Shown: positions 58,774 to 64,000 of the stretch, piece by piece
Layout of the letters: each line of letters begins with the position of its first letter
How positions within the stretch are numbered: position 1 is the stretch's first letter
Translations under genes and position numbers: made by a program
Assembly (NCBI GenBank): GCA_002748065.1
Contig: PDRJ01000025.1
Coordinates: 22,454-86,453 of the forward strand
Source: Bacteroidota bacterium
GTDB taxonomy: Bacteria > Bacteroidota > Bacteroidia > Bacteroidales > BM520
Length of the DNA stretch: 64,000 bases
Direction of reading: 5' to 3'
Notes under the pieces: model-generated
What the model saw: the letters and a program-made list of their open reading frames with translations, nothing else
Databases searched by the model: none
What the model was told of the DNA's origin: nothing

Positions 58774-58841
58774 ACGCTTTTCCCCCTCTCGTTTCATGAT
58801 TGCATGAAAAAAACCTACGGCGTTTAGCCGCTATACTAGTG

Positions 58842-59015
58842 TCTGTCCATAAAGTCAGCGTTTTGAGAAGAGGCTGTATAGAACGTTCGAATTCGAGGCT
58901 TGCGAAGGCTGAAATAGGGGAGTTTACTGAGGCAAATGCGATGTATTGAGCAACGCCGAAATAACCATTTGGAAGAGAAGCGTAACGAAGAAGTCGGACT
59001 TTATAGACAGCCTCT
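58842..59015 (-). mobile_element. R1 MITE-like repeat, copy B (174 bp, inverted relative to copy A)
   Basis: Reverse complement equals copy A at 165 of 174 positions. TIRs CTGTCTATAAAGTC / GACTTTATGGACAG pair over 14 bp (one G-T position). No ORF. Confidence 0.75.
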
Positions 59016-59069
59016 ATGCTAGCCGCTAACTGTGAGGGGTTGGTCTCTACAGCACAACCGATTTCGTGG

Positions 59070-59109
59070 CCGCATTATCACATTACCATATTATCCCCAT
59101 TATCACATT
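59070..59109 (-). repeat. GTGATAATG-motif block (19-nt identity with 57569-57587)
   Basis: CCGCATTATCACATTACCA is identical at 59070-59088 and 57569-57587. A second cattatcacatt follows at 59098-59109, directly after the era stop. Confidence 0.6.
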
Positions 59110-59113
59110 GTCT

Positions 59114-59989
59114 TTAAATCTCATACCCAAACCGTTTCAAATACTGCTCGTTGTCACGCCAGTTTTTAAGCACCTTTACCGTGACCTCCAGAAAGGCCTT
59201 TTTCCCGGTAAACTGTTCGATCTCTTTCCGCGCCCTGCTGGCCACCCGCTTCATGGCTTGCCCCTCTTTGCCCAGCAGAATCATCTTTTGAGACTCCCTC
59301 ACCACGTAGATGATGGCCGTGATTCTGTCGATGGTTGCTTCTTCCTTATATTCCGTAATGGCCACTTCGCAGGAGTAGGGGATCTCCTTTTTGTAATAGG
59401 TGAGGAGTTCACCTCGGATAATCTCCGACACAAAGAAGCGCAACGGCTTATCGGTAAGCTCCTCTTTGCCGTAATAGGGCGGGGATTCCGGTAGGTTCTC
59501 CAGCAGAAATTGAGAGATGGACTCCACGTTGAATTTGTGTTGTGCTGATATGGGGATAAGATGGCTCTGGGGCAGTAACTCCTGCCAGTACCGCATCTCC
59601 TCCATCACCCTCTCCTGTTTATGCAGGTCAATCTTGTTTAATGCAATGACGAGGGGTACCTCGGTTTTCTTGAGCCTCTCCAACACTTGCTCCTCCAGCG
59701 TGCGGTCGCCGGTTTCCACCACCAACAGGAAGAGATCCGCATCGGTGAAGGCTCCCTCCACATAGTTCATCATTGATTGTTGTAAGGAGTAGGCCGGTTT
59801 CAACATGCCCGGCGTGTCCGAGTATACAATTTGGTAATCCTCCCCATTTACGATGCCCATGATGCGATGGCGGGTGGTTTGTGCCTTTGCATTAGTGATG
59901 GAGAGGGTCTCCCCAATCAAGACATTCATCAGGGTTGACTTTCCCACGTTGGGTTTTCCTATGATATTGACAAATCCGGCTTTGTGCAT
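59114..59989 (-). CDS. era: GTPase Era
   Basis: 291 aa with G1 GKPNVGKST, G3 DTPG, G4 NKID and a C-terminal KH domain. Confidence 0.95.
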   Translation of the reverse strand: MHKAGFVNIIGKPNVGKSTLMNVLIGETLSITNAKAQTTRHRIMGIVNGEDYQIVYSDTPGMLKPAYSLQQSMMNYVEGAFTDADLFLLVVETGDRTLEEQVLERLKKTEVPLVIALNKIDLHKQERVMEEMRYWQELLPQSHLIPISAQHKFNVESISQFLLENLPESPPYYGKEELTDKPLRFFVSEIIRGELLTYYKKEIPYSCEVAITEYKEEATIDRITAIIYVVRESQKMILLGKEGQAMKRVASRARKEIEQFTGKKAFLEVTVKVLKNWRDNEQYLKRFGYEI

Positions 59990-60128
59990 GATGCTGTTTT
60001 TTACTGAAATTTTCCCTGCAAAGGAACAAAAAATGAGAGAATCCCTGTTTCTTGCTGCTTTTTTTGGAGAAATGGGGGGAAAAAGGATTTTTTTTCGGCT
60101 ATTTCATACGTTTGTAACGAAAAAGAGC

Positions 60129-60136
60129 TATCTTTG
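60129..60136 (+). promoter_or_regulatory. Candidate -7 promoter box (TATCTTTG) for tRNA-fMet
   Basis: TAnnTTTG match 40 nt upstream of the tRNA 5' end. A TTTG at 60111-60114 could be a -33 element, although the spacing is short. Confidence 0.4.
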
Positions 60137-60176
60137 CACTCCTGTCTCGAGAGATTGAGACTGTGATTACACAGAT

Positions 60177-60248
60177 TGCGGGGTGGAGCAGTGGTAGCTC
60201 GTTGGGCTCATAACCCAAAGGCCGGTGGTTCGAATCCATCCCCCGCTA
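60177..60248 (+). tRNA. Initiator tRNA-Met (anticodon CAT)
   Basis: 72-nt cloverleaf. Acceptor TGCGGGG/CCCCGCT, D arm GAGC-AGTGGTA-GCTC, anticodon arm TTGGG-CTCATAA-CCCAA, T arm GGTGG-TTCGAAT-CCATC. Three G:C pairs abut the anticodon loop and position 1:72 is unpaired, both initiator hallmarks. Near-colinear with E. coli tRNA-fMet. CCA is not encoded. Confidence 0.9.
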
Positions 60249-60257
60249 CGACAGAGA

Positions 60258-60290
60258 AGAAGGGTCAGAAGGTACCCTTCTTTTTTTTTT
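60258..60290 (+). terminator. Rho-independent terminator after the tRNA
   Basis: agaagggt-cagaaggt-acccttct followed by a run of at least 10 T. Confidence 0.8.
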
Positions 60291-60332
60291 CTCTCTTTTT
60301 GAACTTGTCCGGTGTGGGAGTGTTGTAATGTT

Positions 60333-61109
60333 ATGCGCATGAAAAAAATTCTCTGGTTGTTTTGCCTTACAATGATGGCTCTGGTAGGAAGGAATCAAAC
60401 CCTGTTGGAGGAGGCGGTTAATATTCAGGTGAAGGATGTGGATGGAAATACCTATGCTCTGTTTGATATATTGGATGCGGGAAAGCATGTCGTTATCGAT
60501 TTTTACATGACTGGCTGTACCTATTGTCAGCTGTATGCTCCCCATATCCAGGCCTCTTATGAGCATTTCGGAGAGAATGGCGGTGATGTTTTCTTTATGA
60601 CCATTGACAAAGGCTCCACCAACTCCGATGTGAGAGCTTTTGATCTTGAATATGGCATCACGATGCCCTCCATTAGTGGCCTGGAAGGTGGTGGCAACAA
60701 ATCGCACAGCATCTTTGAGATTCAATCTACTCCTACGGTTATTCTTATCGCCCCGGATTATACCATCCTTGAGCAGGTGGTTTGGCCCCCTTCTACGGAA
60801 AATATCGATTCGGTGTTGATTGAGGCGGGGGTGATGCCCATGGGAAGCCTCTCCCTTGCCCCTCCCCCACAAAGCCGCGTCTGGCCCAATCCCTCTTCAG
60901 GCTCCCTCTCCCTCTTTCTGGTGGATGAAGAGCCGGAGGTATCGGTGCATCTCTTCGATGCGATGGGGCGTAAACGATTTTCTACCACCGTGGAGACTCA
61001 TCGTGTCGTCTCCCTCAACGGACTCTCCGGACTCTCCAGGGGCATATATTGGCTTCAAGCCGAGAACCATCAAGCTATCTTCTGCACAAAAAAAATAGTG
61101 CTGCAATAG
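60333..61109 (+). CDS. Thioredoxin-fold (TlpA/redoxin-like) protein with T9SS C-terminal sorting domain
   Basis: Signal peptide MRMKKILWLFCLTMMALVG, CxxC in FYMTGCTYCQ, and T9SS tail VWPNPSSGSLSLFL...GIYWLQAENHQAIFCTKKIVLQ. The start is 60333 or 60339. Confidence 0.8.
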   Translation: MRMKKILWLFCLTMMALVGRNQTLLEEAVNIQVKDVDGNTYALFDILDAGKHVVIDFYMTGCTYCQLYAPHIQASYEHFGENGGDVFFMTIDKGSTNSDVRAFDLEYGITMPSISGLEGGGNKSHSIFEIQSTPTVILIAPDYTILEQVVWPPSTENIDSVLIEAGVMPMGSLSLAPPPQSRVWPNPSSGSLSLFLVDEEPEVSVHLFDAMGRKRFSTTVETHRVVSLNGLSGLSRGIYWLQAENHQAIFCTKKIVLQ

Positions 61110-61115
61110 AGGCGT

Positions 61116-61225
61116 AGTGTGATTATGCATGAAGAAATGGAGTTGGAAGTCGGAAGTCGGAAGACGGAAGACGGGAGTTGGAAGACAATTTTTTGTGAAC
61201 ATTGCCATTAACCCAAGCCAAAGGC
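61116..61225 (+). repeat. R2 composite repeat, copy 2
   Basis: GTGTGATTATGC, then 7 heptads, then TTTTTGTGAACATTGCCATTAACCCAAGCCAAAGGC. It has the same module order and the same orientation relative to the downstream gene as copy 1. Confidence 0.65.
61137..61185. repeat. Imperfect 7-bp tandem array, 7 units (CGGAAGT consensus)
   Basis: atggagt tggaagt cggaagt cggaaga cggaaga cgggagt tggaaga. This is the reverse-complement register of the 57490-57559 array. Confidence 0.8.
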
Positions 61226-61241
61226 TACAAAATAGAAACAG

Positions 61242-61649
61242 ATGAAAAATTATGGAATTGCGTTATTGTTGGGGTTTATCGCTCTTTTTTTAACAGTTGC
61301 TTGTGAACCGGTAGAGGATGAAACGCCTGATAGGGAAAAGTTTATTGGAGAGTGGACCTGTACCGAGGCCAACAGGAAACTGCCCGCTTACCGGGTAGCT
61401 ATCTTAGAGGATGGCCAAGTGGAGGAAAATGTGTTGCTCCAGAATTTCGGACAACTGGGAAACCAAGCCAAACCTTCAGGACAGGCTTCCGGCAATCACC
61501 TCACCGTCTCGCCCCAGTCTTGTCTTGATGACTCGTGGCAGGTGGAAGGTACCGGCGTATTGGTTACCAACAAACGCATGGACTGGAATTACAAACTCAA
61601 CGATGGTTCTACGCTGTACGATATTACAGCTGTTTACGACCGGAATTGA
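61242..61649 (+). CDS. Small hypothetical lipoprotein
   Basis: 135 aa with lipoprotein signal MKNYGIALLLGFIALFLTVAC. Beta-rich, and no family recognised. Confidence 0.6.
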   Translation: MKNYGIALLLGFIALFLTVACEPVEDETPDREKFIGEWTCTEANRKLPAYRVAILEDGQVEENVLLQNFGQLGNQAKPSGQASGNHLTVSPQSCLDDSWQVEGTGVLVTNKRMDWNYKLNDGSTLYDITAVYDRN

Positions 61650-62058
61650 TGGTGTCGGTATCTCCCCGCTTCGTATGAAGGGTTGACGCCATCTTGTTAA
61701 GATTTTCAATTACCTTATCGTACATCCCGGTAATGGTTTTGGGATCTTTATGGTAGTAAGATAGGCTTTTTTGAAATGTTTCCCGGGTGATTGCATATTT
61801 CTCGAACAGCAGATAGTAGAAGGCGTTGGTGTGTTCCAGCGTGTTTTTATGTTGCTTTTGTACCCATTTGATGCTACTCTCGGTCAGAAAACCTTCGGTC
61901 ATAATCAGGATCATACTGTCCTTTGAGATGACGCCTGTTGGCGGTGTTGTGGCGTGTGTGGAGGGTTTGGGTTTACAACCGATAAGAGTGGCAAGAAACC
62001 ATAAGGTGATCCCCATGAAGGCTGTGATTCGGCGTATTTTTGTTTTAGAGAAGGTCAT
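61624..62058 (-). CDS. DUF4296-domain lipoprotein
   Basis: Start taken at MTFSKTKIRRITAFMGITLWFLATLIGC (lipobox). ISKDSMILIMTEGFLTES...FEKYAITRETFQKSLSYYHKDPKTITGMYDKVIENL follows the DUF4296 pattern. Confidence 0.75.
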   Translation of the reverse strand: MTFSKTKIRRITAFMGITLWFLATLIGCKPKPSTHATTPPTGVISKDSMILIMTEGFLTESSIKWVQKQHKNTLEHTNAFYYLLFEKYAITRETFQKSLSYYHKDPKTITGMYDKVIENLNKMASTLHTKRGDTDTINSGRKQL

Positions 62059-62119
62059 AACAGCATATGCATAAAGCTGATTGAACAGAGAGGGACTCTT
62101 ACGAGGATGCGTTTCCCTT

Positions 62120-64000
62120 TTAATTTCCCACATCCGATAGGTACTTGATGCGCATGAGACGAATCTCCATTTCCGGGTAGTCCTCCTCTCCCAACTCTCT
62201 CAAAGCCTCTTCGATAGAGTCACTCTCTGCTTCGCGGAAGTAGTCCAGAATATCCTCCTGATTGTAAGGATCGACCAGTTCATCCACATAGTAGGAGAGG
62301 TCTAACCTTGTTCCACTCTCTACAATTCGTTCAATTTCACCCAGTAACTCCTCCCTGGTGAGGTTTTTGGCCACAGCAATATCGTCCAGGGAGAGCTTTC
62401 TGTCGATGCTTTTGATGATATAGACCTTGAGTCCCGATTTATTCACCACCGATTTCACCACCATGTCGTGGGCACGGACAATCTCATTCTCTTCCACGTA
62501 GGTCTTGATAAGGTTGAGAAAAGGTTCGCCATATTTTTGCGCTTTTCCGGCGCCTACTCCCGTGATGTTGGTGAGTTCCTCCATGGTGATAGGGTATTGG
62601 ATGGCCATATCTTCTAACGAGGGATCCTGGAAGATGACAAAGGGGGGCAGGTTCTCCTTTTTCGAAATGGCCCTCCGCAGGTCTTTGAGCATTTTGATAA
62701 GGTTTTTGTCGCTGGCACCTCCCTTTATTGATCCCTCTTGAGAGGTGTCATCCTCTTCGTAATCATGATCTTCTGTAAGCATTACCCGGTGAGGTGATTT
62801 AAGGAATGCTCGCCCCTTTTCCGGTACGAGTAGGGTCCCATACATCTCAATATCCTTCTCCAATAAGCCCAGGATCAGGCATTGGCGAATTACGGCATTC
62901 CAGAACTTATCCGAGTGTTCACGCCCCAGTCCAAAGGATTGTAATTGATCATGCTTATACGATTTCAGGCTTGCCGTATTTTTTCCGATAAGGATGTTGA
63001 TGATGTGTTGAGGTTTAAAGAGCTCTTTGGCTTCAATCACCGTCTGTAAAACGATTTTAGCCGCCTCCTGGCCATCGAACTGTTTTTTGGGATGGAGGCA
63101 GTTGTCGCAACTTTCGCAGTTCTCCGTATGGTAGGCCTCTCCGAAGTAGTGAAGGAGCTGTTTTCTTCTGCAGATGGCACTTTCAGCATACGCTACGGTT
63201 TCCTGAAGGAGTTGTTTGGCGATCTCCTGCTCTGCAACGCCCTTGTTTTTGATGAATTTTTCCAGCTTTACGATGTCGTCGTAGCTGTAGAAAGCGATAC
63301 ATTTTCCCTCTCCGTCGTCGCGTCCGGCACGGCCGGTCTCCTGGTAATAACCCTCCAAACTCTTGGGGATGTCATGGTGGATGACAAAACGTACGTCCGG
63401 TTTATCAATGCCCATTCCAAAGGCGATGGTGGCCACAATGACATCAATCTCCTCCATCAGGAACATATCCTGATTTTTCTTGCGCGAAGCAGAGTCAAGC
63501 CCGGCATGATAGGGGAGAGCCTTGACCCCATTAACGACCAGGGTCTCGGAGAGCTCCTCCACCTTTTTCCGACTGAGACAGTAGATGATTCCCGATTTGT
63601 TGGGATGCTGTTTGATGAAGCGGATAATCTCTTTGATCACATCCTTGTTTTTAGGACGAACCTCATAGTAGAGATTCTTTCGGTTAAAGGAGGATTTGTA
63701 GAGTGTCGCATCATTCATCTCTAAGTTTTTGATGATGTCTTGACGCACCTTAGGCGTTGCCGTGGCCGTAAGTGCAATTACCGGCACCTTCTGTCCAATG
63801 GTCTCAATGATGGGGCGGATTCTGCGGTACTCCGGCCGAAAGTCATGACCCCACTCGGAAATACAGTGTGCCTCATCAATGGCATAAAAGGAGATGGTGA
63901 TCTGTTTCAGAAACTCAATGTTGTCCTCCTTCGTGAGCGATTCCGGAGCCACATAGAGCAGTTTGGTCTTCTTTTGCAAGAGATCCTCTTTTACTTCTGT
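62120..64000 (-). CDS. recQ: ATP-dependent DNA helicase RecQ (5' end outside window)
   Basis: The frame stays open to position 64000 (TEVKEDLLQKKTKLLYVAPESL). DEAHCISEWGHDFRPEY, helicase C domain, RQC Zn cysteines CRRK...CESCDNC, HRDC (FVIFQDPSLEDMA) and a C-terminal extension. Confidence 0.93.
   Translation of the reverse strand, partial: TEVKEDLLQKKTKLLYVAPESLTKEDNIEFLKQITISFYAIDEAHCISEWGHDFRPEYRRIRPIIETIGQKVPVIALTATATPKVRQDIIKNLEMNDATLYKSSFNRKNLYYEVRPKNKDVIKEIIRFIKQHPNKSGIIYCLSRKKVEELSETLVVNGVKALPYHAGLDSASRKKNQDMFLMEEIDVIVATIAFGMGIDKPDVRFVIHHDIPKSLEGYYQETGRAGRDDGEGKCIAFYSYDDIVKLEKFIKNKGVAEQEIAKQLLQETVAYAESAICRRKQLLHYFGEAYHTENCESCDNCLHPKKQFDGQEAAKIVLQTVIEAKELFKPQHIINILIGKNTASLKSYKHDQLQSFGLGREHSDKFWNAVIRQCLILGLLEKDIEMYGTLLVPEKGRAFLKSPHRVMLTEDHDYEEDDTSQEGSIKGGASDKNLIKMLKDLRRAISKKENLPPFVIFQDPSLEDMAIQYPITMEELTNITGVGAGKAQKYGEPFLNLIKTYVEENEIVRAHDMVVKSVVNKSGLKVYIIKSIDRKLSLDDIAVAKNLTREELLGEIERIVESGTRLDLSYYVDELVDPYNQEDILDYFREAESDSIEEALRELGEEDYPEMEIRLMRIKYLSDVGN

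Overview
This 64-kb chromosomal segment reads as Bacteroidota. It carries the T9SS translocon gene sprA, three proteins with T9SS C-terminal sorting domains, recurrent TAnnTTTG -7 promoter boxes and a DUF4296 gene. Most of it is housekeeping: dnaK, panB, rbfA, an MsbA-like ABC exporter, nrdD-nrdG plus dCMP deaminase, dxs, and a complete sufB-C-D-S-E-DUF59 operon. It also holds thiL, uvrC, a TonB-like gene, gcvH, sprA, ruvA, prfB (classic programmed +1 frameshift), recX and cobB. The remaining housekeeping genes are a Tsx-like porin with an NCS2 purine permease, osmC, fumC, era, an initiator tRNA-Met, and recQ (cut by the window end). Three things are accessory or unusual. (i) An AbiEi/AbiEii toxin-antitoxin (abortive infection) pair sits on a visibly AT-rich segment at the left edge. 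(ii) Two tandem giant C25 (gingipain-family) peptidases carry T9SS tails. (iii) The least explained signal is a mosaic family of intergenic repeats. Its first module is a 174-bp MITE-like element in two inverted copies (165/174 identical by manual alignment) that bracket a wecE-like aminotransferase and a GT39/ArnT-like glycosyltransferase. Diverged copies of it lie behind abiEii and behind the ABC exporter. A second module carries 7-bp tandem arrays (10 versus 7 units) and lies upstream of the GT39 gene and of a small lipoprotein gene. A shared 19-nt GTGATAATG-containing motif completes the family. I saw no CRISPR array, rRNA, integrase or transposase gene. All calls rest on reading the sequence and the ORF translations; no database search was possible.
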